Position numbers and translations under genes: made by a program. The notes under the pieces are model-generated. The model worked only from the letters and a program-made list of their open reading frames with translations. It did no database searches and was not told the origin of the DNA. Shown here piece by piece: positions 50,394-59,829 of a stretch of 64,000 bases of DNA; the first letter of the stretch is position 1, and the number at the start of each line of letters is the position of its first letter. The stretch is from an uncultured Oscillospiraceae bacterium (GTDB lineage: Bacteria; Bacillota; Clostridia; UMGS1883): the NCBI GenBank assembly GCA_964390145.1, contig CAYMHB010000004.1, positions 11,545 to 75,544 of the forward strand, read 5' to 3'.

Positions 50394-51179
50394 CTATTTC
50401 TGTATTTTGATGGTGAATTCTATTCTGTTTTCGTCTTCTGTTTGTTCGAGTTTGGCATTTGCGCCACTGTTCCGAAGGAGTTCCAGCGTTTGTCTGACGG
50501 TGTTTATGTAGAGGTTTATATCCGCACTGTCTTTTCGGCGTCTCCTTCCGCTTTCTTTCTGAAAAGCCATTTCGCGCAGGGTGTTTCTGACAAGAATAGC
50601 CGTCTGCTTTTTGTTCAACCCTTCGTTTGAGATTTTTTCGATGATTTCCAGTTGCTTTTCCTCGTTGTGGAGTTTCAAGAGTTCCCTTGCCACTGTTTCT
50701 TCAATCCCTTTTTCCTCTACTTTATAGCGAACAGGCGCTGAAAGCGACAAAAGTCGTATTTTTTCATTTATTATATTGCTTTCGAGCGCCATTTTTCTTG
50801 CAAGAGCATCTTTTTTAAGTTTATGGTAGCTGATGAGGTTGAAATGACCCTCTGCCTCTTCGAAAACAGTCAGGTCTTCGCGGTGTAAGTTCTCCGTCAA
50901 ACTGAGAAAGGCGCACTCACGGTCTCCGGCGTGGATGATTATGGCGGGAATTGTTTTCAGGCCTGCAAGCTGAGCTGCGCGAACGCGTCGTTCTCCGAAG
51001 ACGATTTCGTACCCCTGCAGAGTGCTTCTCACCACAATCGGAGAGAGTATTCCTACTTCTTTTATTGAATTTGCGAGGTTTTTCAGTGTTTTTGCATTGA
51101 ACTTTCTTCTCGACTGATATGGGTTTGGTTTTACATCTTCTATTTTCAGCATTTTTATCTTTTGCGGAATACAAATCAT
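50394..51179 (-). CDS. noc: ParB-family paralog (nucleoid occlusion protein Noc-like)
   Basis: Its N-terminal ParB/Srx domain includes the ParB-box-like FGERRVRA. Its position between rsmG and parA matches noc in Firmicutes. Confidence 0.7.
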   Translation of the reverse strand: MICIPQKIKMLKIEDVKPNPYQSRRKFNAKTLKNLANSIKEVGILSPIVVRSTLQGYEIVFGERRVRAAQLAGLKTIPAIIIHAGDRECAFLSLTENLHREDLTVFEEAEGHFNLISYHKLKKDALARKMALESNIINEKIRLLSLSAPVRYKVEEKGIEETVARELLKLHNEEKQLEIIEKISNEGLNKKQTAILVRNTLREMAFQKESGRRRRKDSADINLYINTVRQTLELLRNSGANAKLEQTEDENRIEFTIKIQK

Positions 51180-51402
51180 AAAAACAGTCCTTTTTTTATA
51201 GTCTTTTTAATAATTTTAGCATATTCAGAGCAGTTCTTAAACGATAAGTTTTCGCCTTATTATATGGGTTTTCGGCTATTTTTGCGCAAAATTTCTTTAA
51301 AAGCACAAAAAGAGTTGCGCGCAAACGAAAATATGACAGAATTGATCTGCGCAAAAAAAGAAATCCGCATATAAAATACGGATTTCTGTGACGATTTTCT
51401 TA

Positions 51403-52107
51403 TTAAACGATGGGGCTTTTGGCAGGAGTGCCTGCTTTTCTTGGATATTTTGCCGGGGTTTGTACTACTTTTCTTATAACTATAAGAGAATGGTTAATTC
51501 CCGACGGCAAAACGATTTCTTTTACTTCTTCTACCTCTCCGCCCATTTCTCTTATGGCTTTTTTTGCACCCTCAAGCTCTTCTTTAGGTGCATTTCCCTT
51601 CATGGCTACGAAATATCCACCCGTTTTTACGAAAGGAAGCGCATATTCGGATAAAACTGCAAGGTCTGCAACTGCGCGAGCGGTTGCAATGTCGAATTTT
51701 TCTCTTAAATTCTTATTTTTTCCGCCTTCTTCAGCTCGCATATGGATTGCAGCTGCGTTTTTAATGCCGAGTTCTGAAATAACATCATTTAAAAAGTTAA
51801 TTCTTTTGTTAAGAGAGTCCAGCATTGTGAGATTTATGTCTTCCCTTACGATTTTTACGGGCATTGAGGGAAAGCCTGCACCTGCGCCGATATCTATAAG
51901 AGAGCATCCTTTTTCGAGTTTTCCGCTCGTTAAAAGGGTTATTGAGTCAAGAAAATGCTTTTCCCTTACCTCATCAGGTTCAGTTATTGCAGTTAAATTC
52001 ATAACTTCGTTGTAACGGAGCATCATTTCTGCGTATTTTTCAAGGTTTTCGTTTGCTTTTTCGCTGACATCTATATTGAATTTTGCCGCTTCTTTGATTA
52101 AATCCAT
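51403..52107 (-). CDS. rsmG: 16S rRNA (guanine527-N7)-methyltransferase
   Basis: It has the GidB-family SAM-binding motif DIGAGAGFP and is 234 aa. Confidence 0.9.
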   Translation of the reverse strand: MDLIKEAAKFNIDVSEKANENLEKYAEMMLRYNEVMNLTAITEPDEVREKHFLDSITLLTSGKLEKGCSLIDIGAGAGFPSMPVKIVREDINLTMLDSLNKRINFLNDVISELGIKNAAAIHMRAEEGGKNKNLREKFDIATARAVADLAVLSEYALPFVKTGGYFVAMKGNAPKEELEGAKKAIREMGGEVEEVKEIVLPSGINHSLIVIRKVVQTPAKYPRKAGTPAKSPIV

Positions 52108-52136
52108 AATTTACACCTCTTTTTTAAGCCAATGGC

Positions 52137-54008
52137 TCAGGAATTTTGAGTTTGCGCGAGGTAGATTAAGAGAACTCCGATGTCGGCAGGGCTGACACCG
52201 CTGATTCTGCTTGCACGGCCGATGTTTTCAGGACGCATTTTTTCAAGTTTTTGTCTTGCTTCTGTGCGCAATCCGTACACTTTTGAATAATCTATGTTCT
52301 CAGGAATGAGTTTTTTCTCGTTTTTGGCAAATTTTTCCACCTGTTCGAACTGTCTTTTGATGTATCCTTCGTATTTCACAGCAATTTCTGCCTGCTGCCA
52401 ATGAGTTTTTGGTAATTCGGGGCGTTCTTTATCAAAAGGAGCGAGGTCTTCATAAGAAAGCTCGGGTCTTCTGATGAGTTCCGCCAGTTTTATACCCGTC
52501 GAAAGCGTTTGGCTTCCATTTTCTTCCAGATATTCATTGATTTCCTTGCTTGGAGGAATGTTTACGGAGTTAATTCGCTCTATTTCTTTTTCTATATTTG
52601 CCTTCTTTTCAAGGAATTTCTGGTATCTTTCCTCTGAAATAAGACCGATTTCGTATCCTGTTGGTGTCAGGCGCAAATCTGCGTTATCCTGACGGAGCAA
52701 CAGTCGGTATTCAGCGCGCGACGTAAGCATTCTGTAAGGCTCATTTGTGCCTTTTGTTACTAAATCATCAATTAAAACTCCGATATATGCCTCACTTCGG
52801 TCAAAAACAATGGGGGGAAGACCTTTTAATTTCCTTGCGGCGTTAATTCCTGCCATAAGGCCTTGTGCCGCTGCTTCCTCGTAACCGCTTGTGCCATTAA
52901 ACTGACCCGCACCGTAAAGACCGTCTATATCACGCATTTCGAGGGACGGACGAAGTCCGAGGGGATTACAGCAATCGTATTCGATTGCGTATGCGCTACG
53001 CATAACCTCGACATTTTCAAGACCTTTCATGCTGCGCATCAGGGCAAGCTGTACATCTTCCGGGAGGGAAGAACTGAGGCCCTGAAGATACATTTCCTCG
53101 GTATCAATTCCCATAGGCTCGATGAAAATCTGATGACGCTCACGGTCGGCAAAACGCACAACCTTGTCCTCGATTGAGGGGCAATAACGCGGTCCTACAC
53201 CGTCAATAAGTCCGTTAAAAAGAGGACTGCGATGCAGATTTTCGCGGATTATATCGTGTGTTTTCGTATTTGTATAGGTAAGGTGGCAACAAACCTTGTT
53301 TTCTTCCTCGCCCTCGGTTTCAAAAGAGAAGGGTACGATTTCCTCGTCGCCTTCCTGCTTTTCAAGGCGCGAAAAATCAATACTTCTCCTGTGAACACGC
53401 GCAGGAGTACCCGTTTTAAAACGCATCATTTCAACTCCGAGCTTCTGCAGACTCGCACTAAGTCCGATTGACGGGAAAAGCCCGTCAGGACCGCCGCTGT
53501 AAGAACATTCTCCGATGATGATTTTGCCCTCCATATATGTTCCTGTGGACAAAATTACGCTTTTTGCATAGAATTTTGTGCCCGTATGTATGGTCAGGAC
53601 AAATCCTTCGTCTGTTTTTTCAATCTCTTTTACTTCTGCCTGTCTGATATAGAGGTTTTCCTGTTTTTCAAGGCGTTTTTTCATCTCTATCTGATATGCA
53701 CGGCGGTCTGCCTGCGCGCGGAGAGAATGTACGGCAGGACCTTTTCGGAGATTGAGCATACGTGTCTGAAGCTTGGTTTTGTCGGCAACCTTACCCATTT
53801 CGCCACCGAGAGCGTCAATTTCTCGCACAAGATGTCCCTTTGCCGTGCCGCCGATGCTTGGATTACAGGGCATATTGGCGATTGAGTCAAGGTTTATGGT
53901 TATAATTACCGTTTTCATACCAAGACGCGCTGATGCAAGTGCCGCTTCGCAACCTGCGTGACCGGCACCGATAACTGCAATATCAAAGTTAAAGGTCGAG
54001 TTTGTCAT
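52137..54008 (-). CDS. mnmG: tRNA uridine 5-carboxymethylaminomethyl modification enzyme MnmG (GidA)
   Basis: It has the FAD-binding N-terminus [16 protein letters not shown] and is 623 aa. Confidence 0.95.
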   Translation of the reverse strand: MTNSTFNFDIAVIGAGHAGCEAALASARLGMKTVIITINLDSIANMPCNPSIGGTAKGHLVREIDALGGEMGKVADKTKLQTRMLNLRKGPAVHSLRAQADRRAYQIEMKKRLEKQENLYIRQAEVKEIEKTDEGFVLTIHTGTKFYAKSVILSTGTYMEGKIIIGECSYSGGPDGLFPSIGLSASLQKLGVEMMRFKTGTPARVHRRSIDFSRLEKQEGDEEIVPFSFETEGEEENKVCCHLTYTNTKTHDIIRENLHRSPLFNGLIDGVGPRYCPSIEDKVVRFADRERHQIFIEPMGIDTEEMYLQGLSSSLPEDVQLALMRSMKGLENVEVMRSAYAIEYDCCNPLGLRPSLEMRDIDGLYGAGQFNGTSGYEEAAAQGLMAGINAARKLKGLPPIVFDRSEAYIGVLIDDLVTKGTNEPYRMLTSRAEYRLLLRQDNADLRLTPTGYEIGLISEERYQKFLEKKANIEKEIERINSVNIPPSKEINEYLEENGSQTLSTGIKLAELIRRPELSYEDLAPFDKERPELPKTHWQQAEIAVKYEGYIKRQFEQVEKFAKNEKKLIPENIDYSKVYGLRTEARQKLEKMRPENIGRASRISGVSPADIGVLLIYLAQTQNS

Positions 54009-54094
54009 AATTTTTTCACTCCTTTTTCAAATAAAAAGGTTAATAGTTCAAAATGTTGGTTTTTTTCGCGTTAGCGAAAATCTTTTATAAATAG

Positions 54095-54145
54095 GTTTTG
54101 CGACAGCAAAACCATCCTTCATTTCGCATTTTTCATTTTGAATTT
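54095..54145. repeat. terminator hairpin plus TTCATTTCG motif, copy 4 (diverged)
   Basis: Hairpin GTTTTGCGACAGCAAAAC followed by CATCCTTCATTTCGCATTTTTCATTTTGAATTT. Confidence 0.45.
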
Positions 54146-55475
54146 ATTTTCCTAAACAAAACTTTTCAAATATCCTGTCAACAGTTTCCTGATTTATGCT
54201 GATTCCTTCGGCTTCGCCAAGGTATGCGATAGCAGAGCCGATGTCTATTGCCGCCAAATCGCTGAAAAATCCGTCCTCTATTGTTTCTTTTGCCTTTTTA
54301 ATGCTCTCCGAGGCTCTTAGCACTGCCTCAAACTGTCTTTCATTTGCTATAAAAGTGTGGCTCTCGGTGTGTCCTATTATATCAGAAACCGCCTTTTTTA
54401 CCGCTTCTATGCCTTTTTCTTCCTTTGCGGATATTTCGATATACCCCTCTTTGATATTTTCGCTTAAATCGTTCTTATTTGCTACGAGGATGTGTTCCTT
54501 ATCGGCTATTTTTTCAAGAATTTCTTTTTCTTCGTCAGTTAAATCGCGCCCGCACTCCGTTACAAAGATGCAGATGTCGGCATTTTCAATATAGTCGTGG
54601 CTCATTTTAACACCGATTGCCTCAACGGTGTCATCGCTTTCACGGATGCCTGCCGTATCACCGAATTTTACGGGGATTCCGTCGATGTCAGCATATTCCT
54701 CGACAACATCGCGCGTTGTGCCTGCAATATCGGTTACGATTGCCTTGTTTTTCTCAACAAGCGCGTTTAAAAGCGAGCTTTTTCCCGTGTTGGGAATACC
54801 GCATATAGCACAGGTTATGCCTTGATTGAGTGCTTCTCCTCGTCTTGCACTCTTTTTAAGTGTCAGAAGCTCATTTTCAACATCCGTAAGTTTTTCTATG
54901 AGCTCTCCGCCTGCGAAAGCATCAATATCTTCCTCAGGAAAATCGCTTGAAACCTGAATTGCTGCGAGCAAATCAAGAAGTTCCTCGCGTATTTTTATGA
55001 TAGGTTTTGTGATTGCGCCACGGAGACGGTTAACAGCGGCATAAAGTGCCTCGTCGGTTTTTGATTCAATTATATCATGCACCGCTTCCGCCTGAGTAAG
55101 AGACATTTTTCCGTTTAAGAATGCTCGTTTTGTGAATTCGCCCTTTGTGGCAAGCGAAGCTCCGTTTTCAAGAAGTGCGTCAATTATTCTTTCTGTACTG
55201 AGCATTGAGCCGTGACAGGAGATTTCGCACACGTTTTCGCCCGTAAATGAATTAGGCGCACGGAAAATACTTACTAAAACCTCGTCTATTTCGCGGTCTT
55301 TGTTATACGCCTTTCCGTAAACGATCGTATAGCCTTCCGCCTCGGTTATTCTTTTATTTGATTTTACTGTTTTTTCCGTGATTTCAAGCGCCTTTTCACC
55401 GCTTATACGGATTACGGCGATTCCGCCTTTCCCGCGCGGAGTTGAAAGTGCGCATACTGTGGTGTTTTCAATCAT
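54144..55475 (-). CDS. mnmE: tRNA modification GTPase MnmE (TrmE)
   Basis: It has G-domain motifs (GIPNTGKSSL, DTAG), the C-terminal CLGK motif and is 443 aa. Confidence 0.95.
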   Translation of the reverse strand: MIENTTVCALSTPRGKGGIAVIRISGEKALEITEKTVKSNKRITEAEGYTIVYGKAYNKDREIDEVLVSIFRAPNSFTGENVCEISCHGSMLSTERIIDALLENGASLATKGEFTKRAFLNGKMSLTQAEAVHDIIESKTDEALYAAVNRLRGAITKPIIKIREELLDLLAAIQVSSDFPEEDIDAFAGGELIEKLTDVENELLTLKKSARRGEALNQGITCAICGIPNTGKSSLLNALVEKNKAIVTDIAGTTRDVVEEYADIDGIPVKFGDTAGIRESDDTVEAIGVKMSHDYIENADICIFVTECGRDLTDEEKEILEKIADKEHILVANKNDLSENIKEGYIEISAKEEKGIEAVKKAVSDIIGHTESHTFIANERQFEAVLRASESIKKAKETIEDGFFSDLAAIDIGSAIAYLGEAEGISINQETVDRIFEKFCLGK

Positions 55476-55704
55476 TTTATCACCTCAAAAAAATAAGAGG
55501 CAAAACGATTCTTCTTACAAGATAATTTTCTTATAAGAAAGACCTTTCACCTCTTTCTTCCGCTATTTGATTAGGGGATTGTTAAGGGGTTTCCCCTTGA
55601 CGTACAATACGTTAAAATCGGGGGCTTGTACCTCGATTTTAACCCCTTGCAAGGGTTTTCGCAACGAATGCTTTTACGGAGTAAAACTTTTGTTGCGAAA
55701 TGTA
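55476..55704 (-). ncRNA. highly structured ~230-nt jag-mnmE intergenic region (candidate leader/attenuator or sRNA)
   Basis: It contains at least five strong hairpins (for example GTTAAAATCG...CGATTTTAAC, CCCTTGCAAGGG, TTTCGCAAC...GTTGCGAAA and AAGGGGTTTCCCCTT). A terminator-like stem plus U-run sits directly upstream of the mnmE RBS. Confidence 0.35.
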
Positions 55705-56397
55705 TTATAGCCCCTCGCACTCGTTTTCTTTGCGATTGTAACGGTACTTTGAAACGTAATCTTCGCCGTATTCCTTCTTCTTTGTTGTGATTACAACAGA
55801 GCGATTGGGTTCTTTACCTGTGGAGTATGTTGTTACATTTCTGTATCCCTGAAGAGCAGAATGGATAATTCTTCTCTCGTTAGGATTCATAGGCTCAAGA
55901 GTCATACTCTTTCTTGTTCTTGCAACAACTGCTGCCATTCTTTTAGCGAGCTTTATAAGAGTTTCCTCTCTCTTTCCGCGATAGTTCTCTGTGTCGATTG
56001 TAACGCGGATATAATCTTCCTCACCCTTATTCACAACGAGTGATGTAAGGTACTGAAGAGCATCAAGTGTATCACCGCGACGGCCTATAACCTTACCAAC
56101 TTCTTCGCTGTCGCCAACGATTTCAACCTTTACGGTTTCGTCTTCAAAACTGCCCTTGAGAGCAACCTCTATTCCAAAGTTCTTCATAATGCTTTCAACA
56201 TATTTTTCTGCTTTTTGAAGAGGAGAGGGCTCATACTTAACTTTTACAACAGCGTCTTCTGCGCCGAGACCCAAAAGTCCGCGCTTTCCTTCGTTAATTA
56301 CTTCTATTTCCACTTCTTCTCTTGTAACGCCAAGTTCGGAAAGTGCCAATTCTACGGCATCATCAATGGTTTTGCCGTTTTTCTCTATTATTATCAT
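55705..56397 (-). CDS. khpB: RNA-binding protein Jag/KhpB (Jag_N, KH and R3H domains)
   Basis: It is 230 aa with an R3H-like C-terminus. Its position between yidC and mnmE is conserved. Confidence 0.85.
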   Translation of the reverse strand: MIIIEKNGKTIDDAVELALSELGVTREEVEIEVINEGKRGLLGLGAEDAVVKVKYEPSPLQKAEKYVESIMKNFGIEVALKGSFEDETVKVEIVGDSEEVGKVIGRRGDTLDALQYLTSLVVNKGEEDYIRVTIDTENYRGKREETLIKLAKRMAAVVARTRKSMTLEPMNPNERRIIHSALQGYRNVTTYSTGKEPNRSVVITTKKKEYGEDYVSKYRYNRKENECEGL

Positions 56398-57227
56398 TTT
56401 TTCATTCCCTCAATTTCTGCTTTTACTTTCTTATTTATAGCTTTGTTTATAACTGTTTGCTGAAGAATCTGTACCGCGGTAGATATAAACCAGTAAAGAG
56501 ACATACCTGCCGGCATTGTGTAGGTAAATACTGCTGTCATGATAGGCATAATTTTCATCATGGTATCGCTCGTATTGGGAGGCGGAACCTCACCGTTTCT
56601 GCTGGGCTGAGGCTGGGGTGTCTGTTTTTTCGTGATATAACCCGAAATGTATGTTGCAACGACTGCAAGCACAGGGAATATCCATATCAAAAGGTTTTTT
56701 TCATTACCCTTGAGTGTCTTTGTAAGGTCTATTCCATAGAAATTAAAGTTAATAGGTTTAAGACCAAGTTCTTTAATTTTTTCTATAACTTCAGGCATAC
56801 CGCAGAGTGTTATCTGATATGTTCCCTTGGACGCGCCGACAGCCTTCATAATAGCGCTTACTTCTTCTTTTGACATCTGAAGAATATAAACAAGCGGGTC
56901 GTAAATAACGCGGATGAAACCAAAAAGAACAAGCATCTGCACGATAAGGGGTAAACAACCGCCGAGAGGATTTACTCCGTGCTTTTGATAAAGTTTCTGA
57001 AGTTCAATGCTCTGCTTGTTTTTGTCATTTTTATATTTTGCCTGTATTTTCATCATTTCAGGCTGAATAAGCTGTGTCTTGGCAACACTTTTCTGGCTCA
57101 TTACAGTAAGCGGAATTGTGATGAGACGGATAAGTATTGTAACGATAATGAGTGTAAGTCCGTAATTCTCAATAAGGTTATAAATAGGCCTTATAATGAG
57201 TGCTATCGGTTTAGCGAAAATATACAT
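56394..57227 (-). CDS. yidC: membrane protein insertase YidC (SpoIIIJ/OxaA, short Firmicutes form)
   Basis: It has the 60-kDa inner membrane insertase family core. The start was trimmed to MYIFAKP, 1 nt after the yidD stop. Confidence 0.85.
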   Translation of the reverse strand: MYIFAKPIALIIRPIYNLIENYGLTLIIVTILIRLITIPLTVMSQKSVAKTQLIQPEMMKIQAKYKNDKNKQSIELQKLYQKHGVNPLGGCLPLIVQMLVLFGFIRVIYDPLVYILQMSKEEVSAIMKAVGASKGTYQITLCGMPEVIEKIKELGLKPINFNFYGIDLTKTLKGNEKNLLIWIFPVLAVVATYISGYITKKQTPQPQPSRNGEVPPPNTSDTMMKIMPIMTAVFTYTMPAGMSLYWFISTAVQILQQTVINKAINKKVKAEIEGMKK

Positions 57228-57228
57228 T

Positions 57229-57510
57229 TTAATCCTCTTTTCTGAAGAAAGAAAACTTTTTCGGAACGGGGTCATATCCACCCTTACAAAAAGGGTTACA
57301 GCGTAATAATCTTTTTATAGACAAATAAAGCCCCTTTAATGCACCGAATCTTTCAATCGCCTCTACGGCATAGGTTGAACAAGTCGGTGTAAAGCGGCAA
57401 CAAGGTTTTTTAAGAGGTGATATATATTTTCGGTAAAATCTTAATAAAAAGATAAAAATTTTCTTAAACAATTTTTTCTTTTTCAAGAATGCCGCTTTCA
57501 CAAAGGGCAC
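57229..57510 (-). CDS. yidD: membrane protein insertion efficiency factor YidD
   Basis: It has the conserved [35 protein letters not shown]. The true start is probably internal (possibly a non-ATG start), because it overlaps rnpA by 47 nt. Confidence 0.75.
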   Translation of the reverse strand: MPFVKAAFLKKKKLFKKIFIFLLRFYRKYISPLKKPCCRFTPTCSTYAVEAIERFGALKGLYLSIKRLLRCNPFCKGGYDPVPKKFSFFRKED

Positions 57511-57814
57511 TTCTTAAATCCTTTCCAATCTCATCAAAACGGGCATTTGCAATCTGTGTACGTGCCACGATAACCATATCAAAACCGTCTGACAAACCTT
57601 GTAAATTTCTGTAGTTCTCACGAAGAAGTCTTCTTACTCTGTTTCTTACAACAGCACATCCTATTTTGGATGAAACGGTTATTCCCAATCTGTTGTGTCC
57701 TTCTTTGTTTTTTCTGTAGTAGAGAACAAGTCTCTTTTTAACTACAGACTTTCCTCTGTAATAAAGTCTCTTAAAATCACTGTTTTCTTTAATTGAAATA
57801 ATTTTCATTTTCAC
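57464..57814 (-). CDS. rnpA: ribonuclease P protein component
   Basis: A 116-aa basic protein with the RNase P protein RNR-like motif ([12 protein letters not shown]). Confidence 0.88.
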   Translation of the reverse strand: MKMKIISIKENSDFKRLYYRGKSVVKKRLVLYYRKNKEGHNRLGITVSSKIGCAVVRNRVRRLLRENYRNLQGLSDGFDMVIVARTQIANARFDEIGKDLRSALCESGILEKEKIV

Positions 57815-57843
57815 ACACAGTGTGTGTGCTTTCTGATAAAAAA

Positions 57844-57979
57844 ATTATGCAGAAAGCACACGTCTGCCTCTCTGACGACGTCTTCTGAGAACCTTTCTAC
57901 CGTTAGCGGTACTCATTCTCTTTCTGAAACCGTGGTCCTTCTTTCTCTTTCTTACGTTGGGCTGGTATGTTCTGGGCAT
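57844..57979 (-). pseudogene. rpmH: 50S ribosomal protein L34 gene with apparent +1 frameshift in a G4 run (likely sequencing artefact)
   Basis: ATG at 57979 with a GGAGGTG RBS encodes MPRTYQP. After the CCCC run (plus GGGG at 57958-57961) the L34 frame ...[37 protein letters not shown]-stop continues in the +1 frame. The total length is 136 nt, not a multiple of 3. Confidence 0.75.
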
Positions 57980-57989
57980 CTGGTGCACC

Positions 57990-58330
57990 TCCTTAAATAT
58001 AAAGCCTTAAAAAAGGCCGTTTCTTCATAACAATGCTATCATAGTATATAAAAACTTGTCTTTTTTGTCAATAATTTTTTTAAAAAATTAAAATTTTTGC
58101 CTTTTTAGTGTTGAAATTCTGCTACCCATTTGTTATAATAAATTAAATAGTTATTTAAATAAATATATTTTTTTATTTATATTTATTATTTAATATATAT
58201 AGAGTTTTCAACAGCCTGTGTTTTTTTGGAGCTTTTTTCCACACATTTTTTTCGTTACACAATTTCTTTTTTCACATTTTTAAACAGCTTCAATTAACAG
58301 GGCTTGTTAATAAAATAACAAAGGATGTTT
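57990..58330. promoter_or_regulatory. oriC: oriC region upstream of dnaA (AT-rich DUE plus degenerate DnaA boxes)
   Basis: This is the rpmH-dnaA intergenic region. It has an extremely AT-rich stretch at 58130-58200 and box-like TTTTCCACA (58235-58243) and TTTTTCACA (58268-58276). The gene context (rpmH, dnaA, dnaN, recF, gyrB) supports it. Confidence 0.6.
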
Positions 58331-58333
58331 TAT

Positions 58334-59629
58334 ATGTCTGATTTAATTAAAATCTGGACCCAGTGCCTCATTCTTCTTGAAGACGAAGTATCCCCCGTCG
58401 GTTTTAACACCTGGATTAAGGATTTAAAACCGATTAACAACGACGGTAACACCTTTTCTTTCTCGGTCAAAACCGAAATTATTAAAAATATGGTTGAAGT
58501 TCGCTATGCCGACCTTATCAAAAATACTCTTATGGAAGTTACCGGTAAAATTTATGAGGTTGAATTTTTAATAGTCGAAGAAGAAGTTATTAAAAAACCT
58601 GTTTTTCCTTCAACTGTTTACCAAAAGTACACATTTGAAAACTTCGTTGTAGGTAATTCAAATAAATTTGCACACAGCGGTTCTATGGCTGTTGCGCAGG
58701 CTCCTGCCTACGCATATAACCCTCTTTTTCTTCACGGCGGAGTGGGACTTGGTAAAACACATCTTATGCATGCTATCGGAAACTACATTAAAAACGAAAA
58801 TCCTTTTGCAAAGATTGTTTTTCTGACCGCTGAACAGTTTACTACAGAGCTTATAAATTCAATCAAGGATAACACAAATCAGGAATTCCGCGATAAATAC
58901 AGAAATGTTGATGTTCTTTTAATTGACGATATTCAGTTTATCGCCGGTAAAACCACAACTCAGGAAGAGTTTTTCCACACATTCAATGCTCTTCATGAAA
59001 ATAACAAGCAGATTGTACTTACAAGCGACCGTCCGCCGAGTGAAATGAAAACCCTTGAAGAAAGACTCAGAAGCCGTTTTGGTTGGGGACTTATTTGTGA
59101 CATTCAGCCTCCCGATTATGAAACGAGAATGGCAATTCTTCATAAAAAAGCGCAGGATGAAGGCGTTGTGATAGGTGATGAAATTATCGAACTTATCGCC
59201 GAAAGGGTAAAATCTAATATCCGTGAGCTTGAGGGAGTTTTCAACAGGGTAGTTGCATACCGTTCTCTTATAAATAAAGAGCTTACTCCCGATGTTGTTC
59301 TGGAGGCTCTTAAGGATTACGGAGAAAGCGCTCAGAATAAGGTTACACCTGAATATATTATTGAAAAATGTGCTTCTTTCTACGGTGTTAAAAAAGAGGA
59401 TATTTATTCCGATAAGAGAACAAAAGATATTGCTCTTGCAAGACAGGTTGTAATGTATATTTTAAAGGATGTTACAGATTTTTCATTCCCTAAAATAGGC
59501 TCTATATTGGGAAAAGACCACGCAACAGTTCTTTATTCGGTTAAAAAAATAAGCAAGGATATGGAAAAAGACGAATCTTTAAAATTTAATGTTGAGGGTC
59601 TTATAAACGACATAAAGAGCAGTAATTAA
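58334..59629 (+). CDS. dnaA: chromosomal replication initiator protein DnaA
   Basis: It has the AAA+ Walker A GGVGLGKTHL and the C-terminal DNA-binding domain (DIALARQVVMYI). The start is at MSDLIKIW, with an AAAGGATG RBS. Confidence 0.95.
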   Translation: MSDLIKIWTQCLILLEDEVSPVGFNTWIKDLKPINNDGNTFSFSVKTEIIKNMVEVRYADLIKNTLMEVTGKIYEVEFLIVEEEVIKKPVFPSTVYQKYTFENFVVGNSNKFAHSGSMAVAQAPAYAYNPLFLHGGVGLGKTHLMHAIGNYIKNENPFAKIVFLTAEQFTTELINSIKDNTNQEFRDKYRNVDVLLIDDIQFIAGKTTTQEEFFHTFNALHENNKQIVLTSDRPPSEMKTLEERLRSRFGWGLICDIQPPDYETRMAILHKKAQDEGVVIGDEIIELIAERVKSNIRELEGVFNRVVAYRSLINKELTPDVVLEALKDYGESAQNKVTPEYIIEKCASFYGVKKEDIYSDKRTKDIALARQVVMYILKDVTDFSFPKIGSILGKDHATVLYSVKKISKDMEKDESLKFNVEGLINDIKSSN

Positions 59630-59829
59630 CAGTTTTATTGTTAATTAACAGATTCTATTAAAAACCGACAAAAGTTTTCATTTTTTTATTAAAAAGTTAT
59701 TATTTTCCTTTTCCTTTTCGTGTGTAGGGTTTTAGGAGTTATTAACAGTTTTAACTTTACTACTAATACTTATAAATATATATATATTTATATTATTATG
59801 GATTTTCATTTTTTGAAAGGATGTTGTTT
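59630..59829. promoter_or_regulatory. dnaA-dnaN intergenic part of bipartite oriC (AT-rich)
   Basis: It contains an AT-rich tract (ATACTTATAAATATATATATATTTATATTATTATGG) and TTATTAACA-type box-like sequences. Confidence 0.4.

Noticed and set aside
55560-55600. TTGACG immediately followed by TACAAT in the jag-mnmE spacer, as a promoter
   Set aside because: The two hexamers are adjacent (0-nt spacer) and on the strand opposite to the flanking genes, so this is not a functional -35/-10 pair.
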